The notes under the pieces were generated by a model, which was not told the DNA's origin, searched no databases, and worked only from the letters and a program-made list of their open reading frames with translations. From Patescibacteria group bacterium (GTDB lineage: Bacteria > Patescibacteriota > Microgenomatia > UBA10105 > UBA927), in the NCBI GenBank assembly GCA_035510735.1, contig DATKGN010000007.1, positions 105 to 64,104 on the forward strand: a stretch of 64,000 nt of DNA, read 5' to 3'. Made by a program: the position numbers and the translations under genes. How positions within the stretch are numbered: position 1 is the first letter of the stretch; the number at the start of each line of letters is the position of its first letter. This document shows, piece by piece, positions 29,987 through 40,130 of this stretch.

Positions 29987-30805
29987 ATGAAATCGCAGGC
30001 AGAAGAAGCACGCAGGTCGCCACTTGGGCCTTCAGAAGCATTTTTACCACCGCAATTATTTGATCCGTCCTTATGGATACCGGTGAAAAAACTCGGTGAT
30101 AATGTGCCCATCGAAATATATGTCACAGGGCTTATCCTTTCTGATACATCACTTTTTTGGCAAAAATCCGCAGATTACGGCACCGAAACGATTTTTATCG
30201 TCGATAAATCACAAATCACACGAATAGATTGTAAACCTATGGTCCCTTTTCTGGATGCCCCCGATTGGGTGCAGGAAGCCAACAAGACGCTCCCAAAAGA
30301 CGACGAGATGATGTTCCAGGAACTAACCTCTGCCATGATTGATCCTCATAAGACATTCGCGCAACTATCTCACCAATCGGTTGTCTATACACCCGACGGA
30401 GCGAAGAATGATATTCTTGTGGCCCACACAGTGATATTGCGCCTGAATCATCCGAAAATCCCATTCATCCCGCCGCTTATAGAAATTTCCGACCCCGTAG
30501 GCAATGCGTTTGTCGATATCGGGGAACTTCAGGAGCGGCGCACACTCCTCGTCTCAACGGCGTTTTCAATAGAAACCCGCGTAGAAAGTGACGGTAAAAT
30601 GCCCGATATGAATATAAGCACGAAACTCATTTCGGAACACGAACAGCGACATACCAAAGTTCAGGAAGGTGCTGATCTTCAAAGTATTGGACTGCAACTC
30701 TTTGGCGTACGGGTCCAAAATGATAAAACATCCTTTAATGCCACTGAGGCTCAACTTCTGGAAAAAACCACCTTGCGCCTCAGGCAGCCAACGGAAAACT
30801 TCTGA
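29987..30805 (+). CDS. hypothetical protein
   Basis: 272-aa ORF; TATAAT 7 nt before ATG. Confidence 0.7.
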   Translation: MKSQAEEARRSPLGPSEAFLPPQLFDPSLWIPVKKLGDNVPIEIYVTGLILSDTSLFWQKSADYGTETIFIVDKSQITRIDCKPMVPFLDAPDWVQEANKTLPKDDEMMFQELTSAMIDPHKTFAQLSHQSVVYTPDGAKNDILVAHTVILRLNHPKIPFIPPLIEISDPVGNAFVDIGELQERRTLLVSTAFSIETRVESDGKMPDMNISTKLISEHEQRHTKVQEGADLQSIGLQLFGVRVQNDKTSFNATEAQLLEKTTLRLRQPTENF

Positions 30806-30841
30806 CGCGGCGGCAGACTCTCGGATAAAGTAAATGGGGCA

Positions 30842-32155
30842 CTACTCCTGAGGCGGTTTATGAAGCAATCGCTTTGCTGCGTTCAGGCGGGCTTTTTCTT
30901 TCAAGTTCTGATCGCGCCATATTTCATCCTGCTTTTGACTCAGGATGTTACGTAATGCGCTTTCGTTAAACCCCTCGGTGTCAATCTTACTCACGAGATC
31001 GACAAATTCTTCTTCCATCGCCAATTCCCGTATAGCACGTCGCCCATCCATCCACGCGCCGTGCTCCCATCGATTCTTCCAAAGCGATTGCAGGTAATCG
31101 TACTTTGCCCCTTTTTGATCCTCCTCGGGCACCAACGTGTCAATAAGTTTATAAGCTATTTTACTTATTAACGGATATTCGTCCTGTAACAACGGGAGGA
31201 TCTGGACGACGATTTTCTGCCCGTCCAGCTGAGCCAGATCTTTTAACGTCACCAACACCTCAAGATCATCGGATACAGGTTGCTCAAAGTCGGGTCTCCA
31301 TCCTGCTGTTTTCCACGCTAACAACTCTTGATTGCACGCACGGGCCGCATCCTGTTCCGTAAACGCCCGCCATGACACCTCTCTGGGGTCAATAACCAGC
31401 GCCAATCTTTCGATAAATTCACCCAGACTAGACGTAGTATGTTGATACCTCTCTTCATGCCACTCATGTAACTGGTTAACAGCCGATTGTGCTGCTAGCT
31501 TCACTCCCTCAGGCGGCACACTCCACTCGGTCCGAATAAGCTGAAATACCCGTCCTACCACCTCTTGTGCATGTTCTATAGAGGATCTACCAAAACTTTT
31601 CCCGAACATTATATAGTCATGGATAACATATTCGGCTAACACTTGTTGATCCGCCTCATCTGCTCCAAGATACTTTGCCAAAAAAAGTTCTTTAAGCGTT
31701 ATCGGGTCATCCAAACGAGGAGGTCCGAACGCGTTGTTTTCATCAACATGCTTTCTCAAACCCGCCCACTTATTGGTATACGCTTCTTTTACCTCCGGAA
31801 ATAATCGAATGACGTCATCAACCATATCGTAACGCTTAGGATGATGAAAATTAATTAACTCATCTACATCGTGAACAAGGTAAAATGAATCGGATAAAAA
31901 ATCCATAAGAACGGACGCTTCTTTCGAGAATAACTCCCCGACTAATTCATCTGTTTTATCTGTAGGGAGGGTGAAGCTGTGTACCCCGTCTGCGAGTTTT
32001 GTGTAGAGATCCAGTCTCTTATTATGATCTAGCTCATTCGTGAGATGCAGAGTGAGGTCTTTTAAATGATCAAGAAGTATACTCTGTGCTTCGGGAATCG
32101 AAAGATCTTTTGCTTGCTCTACTCCTGCTACCATACGTTCTTTATTTTTGGGCAA
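30842..32155 (-). CDS. helical hypothetical protein
   Basis: 437-aa ORF; start may be ATG 32134. Confidence 0.7.
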   Translation of the reverse strand: MPKNKERMVAGVEQAKDLSIPEAQSILLDHLKDLTLHLTNELDHNKRLDLYTKLADGVHSFTLPTDKTDELVGELFSKEASVLMDFLSDSFYLVHDVDELINFHHPKRYDMVDDVIRLFPEVKEAYTNKWAGLRKHVDENNAFGPPRLDDPITLKELFLAKYLGADEADQQVLAEYVIHDYIMFGKSFGRSSIEHAQEVVGRVFQLIRTEWSVPPEGVKLAAQSAVNQLHEWHEERYQHTTSSLGEFIERLALVIDPREVSWRAFTEQDAARACNQELLAWKTAGWRPDFEQPVSDDLEVLVTLKDLAQLDGQKIVVQILPLLQDEYPLISKIAYKLIDTLVPEEDQKGAKYDYLQSLWKNRWEHGAWMDGRRAIRELAMEEEFVDLVSKIDTEGFNESALRNILSQKQDEIWRDQNLKEKARLNAAKRLLHKPPQE

Positions 32156-32212
32156 ATTGTGAATTCACGGAGATTATAGGACCGGTAGATAGGTCTGTCA
32201 AATAGAGCCGAT

Positions 32213-32899
32213 TCAATATGATGATATGGGCGCTTCCGATAGCGGAGTTCTTCGGAGAAAATCGAGTCTCACAGGCTCATAACCCCAACCAGCCTTGTCT
32301 CCTGAATTGATGGTAAATACTCTCATCGTCCCGAAATATGGTGATCCGGAATCCATACGCAATGATGGCCGGAGAAAAAATGAGAGCCGGGATACATTCT
32401 CAATTTCGTGAGACGTAGGCCACTGCCCCCAACAGGCCCGTGGAGCGTTATGCAAATAGTCTTCTATAGAATCCAACCCCCCGCTCACAATCTTAAATGT
32501 CTCAATATCGCGGGTTATCGTAAAATTTGAAGGCGATCCCATATACCATACGTTACTATCCTTTGTCCGGACCAAAAAATAGCTATGGACAGGTTCAATG
32601 AACCGATGTTGCGGGCTCTCTTTCCATGAAGTCAAAAGCACAAACCGGTCAAATAGTCGTCCTGCCTGTTTATCTTTTGCAATTGACCATAACGCCAAGG
32701 CCGATGCATCGTGGCATTTGAATTTCGTCCAAGCAACCAGATCGAACAAAGATTTGTCAAACGATACAACTTTTTCTTCACCCTCCCCTTCTCCTGCCCA
32801 CGCTAACAATCCGGGCTCAATTTGCCGCCAGAAAGAATACCGCATGGAATGGGCGACAACGTCTCTTGACATTTGTACGCCGTCATCAAGTTCTTGCAT
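32213..32899 (-). CDS. hypothetical protein, possible Cys-His (papain/transglutaminase-like) fold
   Basis: KCHDASAL...VHSYFLV. Confidence 0.5.
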   Translation of the reverse strand: MQELDDGVQMSRDVVAHSMRYSFWRQIEPGLLAWAGEGEGEEKVVSFDKSLFDLVAWTKFKCHDASALALWSIAKDKQAGRLFDRFVLLTSWKESPQHRFIEPVHSYFLVRTKDSNVWYMGSPSNFTITRDIETFKIVSGGLDSIEDYLHNAPRACWGQWPTSHEIENVSRLSFFLRPSLRMDSGSPYFGTMRVFTINSGDKAGWGYEPVRLDFLRRTPLSEAPISSY

Positions 32900-33049
32900 A
32901 TAGTGATATTGATTATATCAAAAAGTATCAAATAAGTTTACCAATTCCCGCCCCAGATGCGCTATATATGCACACTATAGACCATATATTAATATATCAT
33001 ATAGTGCTTTTAGTATATATTAGATAATCAGAAGATCTTAGGCTGAAAG

Positions 33050-34132
33050 TTATAACGAACGGTCGGGGTGTTGAGATAATGAAAATCCACCGAACTTCGA
33101 CAACATCGTGCTATCAAATAAATCGGATAACGCTCCCGCCAGAAGCGGACCGGACGTCCCATTCACGAGCGTCTCCCATAACGCGTTATCAGCAACACCT
33201 TTTGGCTTAACGAGTGCTCCTTTCGTGCCATTCTTTTTATCAAACCATAATCCATCGCTTTCTTTACCCACTCTCTTTTCCAGTTTCAGCTCATAGTCGC
33301 CCTCAAACATACCCGTTATGGGTGAAAGATCGGAAATTGCCTGCACGGCGTAGTGCCACGCACCTTTCCCATCATTCGTATGACTCAATATGAGGTGTGC
33401 GACATTCGTTTCATACTCGTTTCCCGCCATGTGCTGACTCACTGAAATAGTACAGTCGCCTAATAGGCTTAAATAATTCGTTGACGGAGTCAACAGAGCA
33501 TCGATATACCCTTCACGAGTTATTCCGTCATGCACGATCCTGTATCTCCGGTCTTCCCGAACAGAAGCAGGCACGCTTGACTCAGGTTTAAATTGAAAAA
33601 CCAAATTCCTGCCGGCTTCTTTGATTTGTATTGATTTGAGATATTTACCCTCCTGTTCTCCTGAGGTTTTAGGAAAAGTAAACATGATAAGCGCTTGTTC
33701 GGAAAGGCGGGTGCTCTCTCCGTTCACCGGTGAAACAACAACTTGAAATGATGATTGCTCAGGGTCAATCTCTGACTCATCACGCGTGAATATACCGTCT
33801 GATCCTAGCTCAACCCTCCCGAACCCCGCATACTGCACCTCATATTCGCCTCCCGCGATAACGACGGGAATACGTGCATCTATTCCTTTTCCTTCAGGGG
33901 GAAGGGTGTCAATAAACGTGGTTACATCAGACGTGAGACCATTCGTTAGAATCGATTCAGCGAGGGCCGGAACCGGAGACAACTTCTGCATCTCGGGAAC
34001 CGGGTCAAATAGTTCATCAAACAATTGTGGCACCAGCGCGAGCGCCCGATCACGGGCTTCCCCTATTTCTCCCGCGGCAAGCTGACTCTTTGTGCTATGA
34101 AATATATCCACAGCCTGATCAGCATTCCCCAT
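33050..34132 (-). CDS. hypothetical protein
   Basis: 360-aa ORF. Confidence 0.7.
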   Translation of the reverse strand: MGNADQAVDIFHSTKSQLAAGEIGEARDRALALVPQLFDELFDPVPEMQKLSPVPALAESILTNGLTSDVTTFIDTLPPEGKGIDARIPVVIAGGEYEVQYAGFGRVELGSDGIFTRDESEIDPEQSSFQVVVSPVNGESTRLSEQALIMFTFPKTSGEQEGKYLKSIQIKEAGRNLVFQFKPESSVPASVREDRRYRIVHDGITREGYIDALLTPSTNYLSLLGDCTISVSQHMAGNEYETNVAHLILSHTNDGKGAWHYAVQAISDLSPITGMFEGDYELKLEKRVGKESDGLWFDKKNGTKGALVKPKGVADNALWETLVNGTSGPLLAGALSDLFDSTMLSKFGGFSLSQHPDRSL

Positions 34133-34287
34133 ATTGCTATCAGTATATCAGTGAATTTCAACTTGACACGTATCTTTTCGTCAACGTATCCCAACCTGCT
34201 TACGATACATATTGGTTGCATCCTCATACCGCATCCGTGCTGCATTGCATAGATATACCCCATAAGGATACGCTGTAACCGGCTTCT

Positions 34288-34584
34288 ATGCCCACATTCC
34301 TTGAGCGAAGCGCTGTCCGAAGTTTCTTTTTTTCCTTCGGTGAACTGGAGGTCCTCGATAATTTAAAAATTTCCAAAGAACAGAGAGAACAAATAGTCGA
34401 CGACCAATTAGCCGCCTCCGACGCCCGGTTGGCAAAAGCCGGAGCCTCCGGGTTTAAACTCCAGGGAGTCATCGCCGATCATGAATCTATAGCAAGGAAA
34501 AAAGGAGAACCGGATTGGGATGAAGTGAAGCGGGATGCAATCCGCGAAATGGCACACAAAATGGCTGCAGAAACTGAGCTATAA
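34288..34584 (+). CDS. short hypothetical protein or gene remnant
   Basis: 98-aa ORF ending immediately before a lepA-tail copy. Confidence 0.45.
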   Translation: MPTFLERSAVRSFFFSFGELEVLDNLKISKEQREQIVDDQLAASDARLAKAGASGFKLQGVIADHESIARKKGEPDWDEVKRDAIREMAHKMAAETEL

Positions 34585-34585
34585 T

Positions 34586-34633
34586 CTGCTCCCCTTTTTA
34601 GGACTTCAAAGAATGCAGATTTGGGATCTCAAT
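34586..34633 (-). repeat. degenerate lepA 3'-end copy 3 (most distal)
   Basis: minus strand ATT GAG ATC CC(A) AA TCT GCA TTC TTT GAA GTC CTA AAA AGG = IEIP-SAFFEVLKR. Confidence 0.8.
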
Positions 34634-36036
34634 TACGTTAGAAGCGGCTTGTTCCCCAACTCAAATGTGTCAACTAGATCCTGAAGATTTACCGCATATG
34701 TTTTTCCTGTATGTATTTCAATGCCATAATATATCCCATACCGCCAGATAGTTTCTGGAGTTAGTTCGCAGAACCGTATGCCTTTCCCATTCCGTGTGTT
34801 CACAATCGCTATCTCTGTCCGTGCCTCTTTGTAGTCTGAAAGAGTAAGATCCTTTTTTTCAAACGGAGAAAGCCAGCCGCCGCGATGATGTCTGAATTTT
34901 ACATGCAAAGGTACGCCATTGAATGAACAGTCCCCCTCTGAAGGGATATATTGTTGACGAAAATGTTCGTATATATATTTCAGAGGCAGGGCCAAATCCT
35001 GGTGCGTCAACCCAAGCTCATGCACCCGGTCATTCATATCCAGCATATGTGAAATCAGTGATTCTCCGGGCGCAAGCATCGCATCACGCGTTTTAATTAA
35101 CGGATATTCGCTCGGGACCTGCAGTTGTGTCGTTAATGACTGTATATCATGTCCGTTTATGTGCGTAATTCCAAGTATTGTCGCTTCATCGTTAACGCCT
35201 CCGATGTTGAACCCATTATCAACGTCCCCCGTCGAATCAAATCTGACACCAAGCTGTTCGGGCGTAGGTTCAGCGATAAACTCAGATGAATTTTCCACAA
35301 CCATACCACCCCCATGAGGTGATATTGCGAAACGATACGATGCATTTTGAACGATGAGCGTCGGGACAGTTCTTGTATCCTCAGGAGCGTAAAAATGACG
35401 CGGAGCTACACCTTTACCAATGATTTGTAAATCCGGAGTTATTTTATCCCGCACGTACTGTCCTAACGGCTTAAACACTCTCATAAGCCGGTCACCTTCA
35501 AATACGAATAATAACGTAATCGATGACGATTCATCATCTGTTTGCTCGAGATACGTACAGGAATATAAATTTTCTGACATTCTTGTAAAATTAGGGTGAA
35601 GTTCAATTTGTTTCTTCACCATTGGTGTATTTAAATCAAATAACGTATATTGGCGTTTGTCATCCTTCACATGAACCTGACCATTTTCGAAAGTAACATC
35701 AGGTACATTCAAGGATCCACTACTGCCGGATCCTCCTGCTAGTTTTCGTTCGTAGTTAAAAAATTTGGAATGGAATTGGATTGAAGAGACAATCATAACT
35801 TCGTTCCAGGTTGCAAATGTCTCATCGCCGACTATGCCAATTGCAAATGCATTGTGTATATCATCAGTGTCATCAAAAAAATCCGTAAAAATATTGGCTG
35901 TAGTGCCATCCGGATTATAGAGAATAGCGAATCCCGGCGTAATCCAAACGTTTGTGTCGTCAATTTGGCGGAATTCCGATGCCTGAATTCCATGTTCATG
36001 AGCAGGACCTCTTTGTAGCAGATTACCTTCGTACAT
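34633..36036 (-). CDS. hypothetical protein
   Basis: 467-aa ORF. Confidence 0.7.
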   Translation of the reverse strand: MYEGNLLQRGPAHEHGIQASEFRQIDDTNVWITPGFAILYNPDGTTANIFTDFFDDTDDIHNAFAIGIVGDETFATWNEVMIVSSIQFHSKFFNYERKLAGGSGSSGSLNVPDVTFENGQVHVKDDKRQYTLFDLNTPMVKKQIELHPNFTRMSENLYSCTYLEQTDDESSSITLLFVFEGDRLMRVFKPLGQYVRDKITPDLQIIGKGVAPRHFYAPEDTRTVPTLIVQNASYRFAISPHGGGMVVENSSEFIAEPTPEQLGVRFDSTGDVDNGFNIGGVNDEATILGITHINGHDIQSLTTQLQVPSEYPLIKTRDAMLAPGESLISHMLDMNDRVHELGLTHQDLALPLKYIYEHFRQQYIPSEGDCSFNGVPLHVKFRHHRGGWLSPFEKKDLTLSDYKEARTEIAIVNTRNGKGIRFCELTPETIWRYGIYYGIEIHTGKTYAVNLQDLVDTFELGNKPLLT

Positions 36037-36197
36037 AAGAGAGAATTATACTATAGGGCAATATCATATGCAAATATACGTAATTTCCTGGGGAACCATT
36101 TTATTGACCTGGCCCGTCATAATGGTCTATACTCTCCTATCATATATCTTAAGAACGACCTATTCCATGCGGGTAGCATGGATACATAAACAACACT

Positions 36198-36809
36198 ATG
36201 ACCGGAAATGAGACTCATGAAAATCAACAACTCGTCGAGGTGAAGAGGTACTTAAATGAGATGGCACTACGAGAAGTTCAGGCGCTATCCGGCCTTATCG
36301 ACCAATACGTCGCGCCACATGTTGCCATAGAGCATCCGAGCGTTCTCATTGTAGGGCAGGGATTTCGATACACAGAAACAATTGCAATTGATGACCGTCT
36401 GACGCCCGGCCATATCACCTCTGCCGATAACGGTTTTTCTGAAATAGGATTGCATTACTCACTACAGAATGCGATTGCAGGCGGCGTCACCCGCGACGCG
36501 AACATCCTTTCACTGACAACACACGTTTCTTCTGATTTCCAGGATTTGGATGAGACGTATGACATTGTCTTCGCGTTTAGTTTGGCGCTAAGCCTCCAAA
36601 ACCCGGAGTGCGTTGAGCAACTCCTGGGTAAAAGTCGCGGACTCTCTGTCATCACTGCCCATAAGCCAAGCGAGGATCTGAGGGGGTTTCTACTGGAAGA
36701 ATATGTGCATATAGATCAATTACTTGAACAACGGGGTGTATCTTTTATCACACGCAAAGAATCCCTCTCTCTCCCAACTAAAGACGGACATATCTGGGTG
36801 ATGAAATAA
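36198..36809 (+). CDS. putative Rossmann/SAM-binding-like protein
   Basis: SVLIVGQG and ETYDIVFAF. Confidence 0.5.
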   Translation: MTGNETHENQQLVEVKRYLNEMALREVQALSGLIDQYVAPHVAIEHPSVLIVGQGFRYTETIAIDDRLTPGHITSADNGFSEIGLHYSLQNAIAGGVTRDANILSLTTHVSSDFQDLDETYDIVFAFSLALSLQNPECVEQLLGKSRGLSVITAHKPSEDLRGFLLEEYVHIDQLLEQRGVSFITRKESLSLPTKDGHIWVMK

Positions 36810-36849
36810 CAAACAGAATCAAACTATATCGAGGCGTGTAGATTTTGGC

Positions 36850-38031
36850 TTATTTATCGTCTTCCCGCTGAGGAATGACGTAGAGCCGTTCAATAATTTG
36901 ATGACCGGTGTACACATTTGCTTGACCCCACCACTGTGCAGACCGTATCATTTTCTTAACATCTGCCTTCTCTAAAGGGGCGAAGCAATCGGAACGTCGG
37001 ACATCCATAATCTCAAACAGGCGCTCGCCGCGCGGATTGAGCTCAATGATAAAGCCCCGGTTTACACGCGCGCCGAAGAGAATATCGTGAGCATCCCACA
37101 ACCCCATTGGATTAATTTCTGCGGCATCCGGCACATACATCGTTGTGTTATCAGATACTTGCTTTCCCTTCGTTTCGTCCGTCGATACGAAATTCCGGAA
37201 ACCGATATAGTTGCGGATGGCATTCCCACGGGATTCAAGCTCTCTTCCTCTCGTCGATCCATTCACTTCCGGAACAAAATCATCGTTGGCAGTAAACCGT
37301 ATTGATTGTATCTCATCAGGAAGAAACTGACTCACATATGTTCCGCGACTGACTGTCCCTATGAGGAGTTCAATTGCGGGAGCAATTGTTTCTCCAACCG
37401 CCATCACGGTAAAATTTGACCTGCGTCTAATCCGATTGCTCTCATACGGCAACGGGAAAATCATCCGGCTGGGTAAGACTTCCCCATATTGGTCTTCATA
37501 CATCTGTCGAAGATAGATAAGCTGTTCTCTTGATTCCGTAAAATAATGTGCAAGTGGTCTCTCCAAGTCAATATCGCCTGCAAGTTCAACTTCCACGCCC
37601 TTAGCGAGATGTGGAAACAGGAAAAGCGCCCGATACAAGAGGTCGTTCATCGCGTCGACAGCTTGTACATTTTCCTGGTGAGACCTATTCGCCTGGAATG
37701 TATGCAGTAAATCATCAAGCCGCCGGTTCAGGCCGCCCACCCCCTCCCGTTCGATAACGGTTAAATATTTGACGTCTTTGACTAATCGGGTAATATAGGG
37801 ATTTTGAAATTGCTCGCGCTCTGTCTCAAACCTGCTCACGAGATTATTTACAGAACCAACCGAGGCAATCGTTGTTTCATTCCCGTAGTAAGACAAACTA
37901 CTTATGAATCCTTTTTCATATTCGCTGGTCGGTCCAAGAGAGTCTACCGGGCGCGACACAAGACTGGTAATCCGGTTTTGAATAAGCTGGATGTGAGGCG
38001 GTGAATCGTATTGATGTGTCCCTTCTTTCAT
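36850..38031 (-). CDS. hypothetical protein
   Basis: 393-aa ORF. Confidence 0.7.
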   Translation of the reverse strand: MKEGTHQYDSPPHIQLIQNRITSLVSRPVDSLGPTSEYEKGFISSLSYYGNETTIASVGSVNNLVSRFETEREQFQNPYITRLVKDVKYLTVIEREGVGGLNRRLDDLLHTFQANRSHQENVQAVDAMNDLLYRALFLFPHLAKGVEVELAGDIDLERPLAHYFTESREQLIYLRQMYEDQYGEVLPSRMIFPLPYESNRIRRRSNFTVMAVGETIAPAIELLIGTVSRGTYVSQFLPDEIQSIRFTANDDFVPEVNGSTRGRELESRGNAIRNYIGFRNFVSTDETKGKQVSDNTTMYVPDAAEINPMGLWDAHDILFGARVNRGFIIELNPRGERLFEIMDVRRSDCFAPLEKADVKKMIRSAQWWGQANVYTGHQIIERLYVIPQREDDK

Positions 38032-38161
38032 GGCGTGATTATACTATAAGACCCAAAAATACCATACTTTTGCACAGAAGCGAATGATAACAATGGTCAA
38101 ACACACGCAGGTAATCCGATAGAATTTTGGTCGCTTTTCCAAAAAGCATCTGATTTGAATT

Positions 38162-38226
38162 TTACTCCCGTTTTAACACTTCAAAAATAGCTGACTTGGG
38201 GAATTTCTACCCGGCCGATCAATTTC
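38162..38226 (-). repeat. lepA 3'-end copy 2
   Basis: reads KLIGRVEIPQ(+1 nt)SAIFEVLKRE* versus lepA KLIGRVEIPQSAFFEVLKRE*. Confidence 0.9.
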
Positions 38227-38348
38227 CCTGCAGAGCGGGATTTCGTCCTTCGACAGACTCAGGACTCAACATTCTCGCCTCACCCAACCATTTCCCTTAT
38301 TAACTATATATATTGATATCTAACTATACTTTACTATATAATTCCGAC

Positions 38349-39524
38349 ATGGCTGCTATTGAATTTGCGGATGTAAAACCAAAAGATATTGATTTAACCG
38401 GCATCCCGACAGGATGGAATATCCTTTCTGAGGCCGAACATTCGCTGGCTTGGGATTTTTTATCCGGACGAAATACTGAAACGCTTCGGAGCATCATCAC
38501 AATGGAAGGAAGAAATACGTTTATTCTGCGGCCCGGCTCCCCTGATCCGATATACACCCATATTCAGCTTTCCGGAGGATTTTATAAGGAGCTAGAAATA
38601 TCAAGAAATGGGATGGCCATATCCAAAAATACTGTCCATCTATTATCTGCTGATAATTTCGTCTTGGGACGGGAACCCATGTTTAGAACCAATGCAATAA
38701 CAGAGGACGGCCAAATAACGACGACCCAGCCTGATTATGTCCCCACCGGAGCATATACACAAATGCAGGCTATAAAAAAAGCTATTGATACCCTTTCTAT
38801 CACAGCCAGTCTGGAAAAACTGAAAGCTCTCGATTTTCCTGATAAAAAAATGTTTATGGTTCCGAGGATTGTCGGCGTCTATCAATTTCCGGAAGTTACT
38901 GACCCGACAGGTGAGCCGGTATACGGAATTGCTATGCTCACATCTTCCCCTGAAAACAGGCTGAGCCAACGTATAAATAGTTTTTTCAACAGGTATGGAA
39001 AACACTATGAAGCGTCCATAAACAGACGGATACAGAGGAATTTCGGCTACCAAACGGTCGCACTGGGGGCAGCCATACGGACGCTTCATGATTCCTTTGA
39101 CCTGTATCACCGTCAGATAACCAGCGGCAACTGTGAAATTGTAACGTTGCCGGATAACCAGTTCACGCCCTTCTTTCATGATTGGAGCACGACGATGAGG
39201 CTCCCTAAAAACCTTCGTCCTAATAGGATGGCGCGCGCAATTGACCTCATAATACCATGGGCATCCGTTTCCATTTTGATGGACCATATGCGCGAAACCG
39301 GCGCAACAAACAACGACGTTGCGCAATTTATGACCACGTCGTTTCTCGCGAATCTTACGGCAGGGTATGTGCATTTGCTGCCACGAAGATCAAACGAGTT
39401 TGAGAAAGAATTATTTTCTCAATTCACTCTTGCCGAAACGGACAGTAGCACCGTTGAGCGTTTAGCAAATTTTATCACCTCTTTTGATGCTACTATCGGA
39501 GTAGAAACAGAAGAAGAAATATAA
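38349..39524 (+). CDS. hypothetical protein with degenerate protein-kinase-like fold
   Basis: LHDSFDLYHRQITSGN..FHDWST resembles HxDxxxxN..DW kinase motifs, with the catalytic Asp replaced. Confidence 0.5.
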   Translation: MAAIEFADVKPKDIDLTGIPTGWNILSEAEHSLAWDFLSGRNTETLRSIITMEGRNTFILRPGSPDPIYTHIQLSGGFYKELEISRNGMAISKNTVHLLSADNFVLGREPMFRTNAITEDGQITTTQPDYVPTGAYTQMQAIKKAIDTLSITASLEKLKALDFPDKKMFMVPRIVGVYQFPEVTDPTGEPVYGIAMLTSSPENRLSQRINSFFNRYGKHYEASINRRIQRNFGYQTVALGAAIRTLHDSFDLYHRQITSGNCEIVTLPDNQFTPFFHDWSTTMRLPKNLRPNRMARAIDLIIPWASVSILMDHMRETGATNNDVAQFMTTSFLANLTAGYVHLLPRRSNEFEKELFSQFTLAETDSSTVERLANFITSFDATIGVETEEEI

Positions 39525-39535
39525 CTCTTCCAGTT

Positions 39536-39586
39536 CAATTATTCTCTCTTTAACACTTCAAAAAACGCCGACTGGGGAATTTCGAC
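39536..39586 (-). repeat. lepA 3'-end copy 1
   Basis: 48/51 nt identical to 41417-41467; three synonymous changes; VEIPQSAFFEVLKRE*. Confidence 0.95.
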
Positions 39587-39599
39587 GAGACCTTAGAAT

Positions 39600-40127
39600 T
39601 CAAGATTGTAATAGTTGTAGGATCTTTCCCATTATCGCCAACTGCTTACTCGCTTTTTCGATCACGCTCTTTGAAAACAGTCCCTTATAAGACAAATAGT
39701 CCATTGCTTCGCCCTCATCTAAATATTTTTGATGAAATTCTCGTTTACATTGTGGTGTGGACCAAGTCGCATGTGATCGTCGAGGTTCTCGAATATCTAG
39801 AAACAAGCCTTCGACACATGGCTCTGGGACGAAAATAACCCACCTATTGCCAATTAATAGATCTCTTCGTGGTGACGATAATTTAGTATCACCATCCAAT
39901 AGCAATAATTTTCGTGAGTAAGGAATCTCTCCATGCGCTTGCATTGCTTTTTTTGCAGCACCATCAGCTCCGCCTCCATGAGCATTATCGTATCTCACTA
40001 ACTTCCCACATCCTCGCGGACAATATAAACCACCTAAATAATGCAAAAAAGCTTCGTCTGTGGGACCCTCACCGTATAATAGTATCGATTGAAGCTGCAG
40101 ACGATGCAATTGTGATTTCTTACGCAT
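39600..40127 (-). CDS. RloB-like (TOPRIM) protein
   Basis: LYGEGPTDEAFL, LLLDGD, EPCVEGLFL; downstream of an AAA ATPase. Confidence 0.75.
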   Translation of the reverse strand: MRKKSQLHRLQLQSILLYGEGPTDEAFLHYLGGLYCPRGCGKLVRYDNAHGGGADGAAKKAMQAHGEIPYSRKLLLLDGDTKLSSPRRDLLIGNRWVIFVPEPCVEGLFLDIREPRRSHATWSTPQCKREFHQKYLDEGEAMDYLSYKGLFSKSVIEKASKQLAIMGKILQLLQS

Positions 40128-40130
40128 ATC

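Noticed and set aside
38643-39374. 243-aa minus-strand ORF
   Set aside because: Fully antisense to the longer 38349-39524 gene, with atypical composition.
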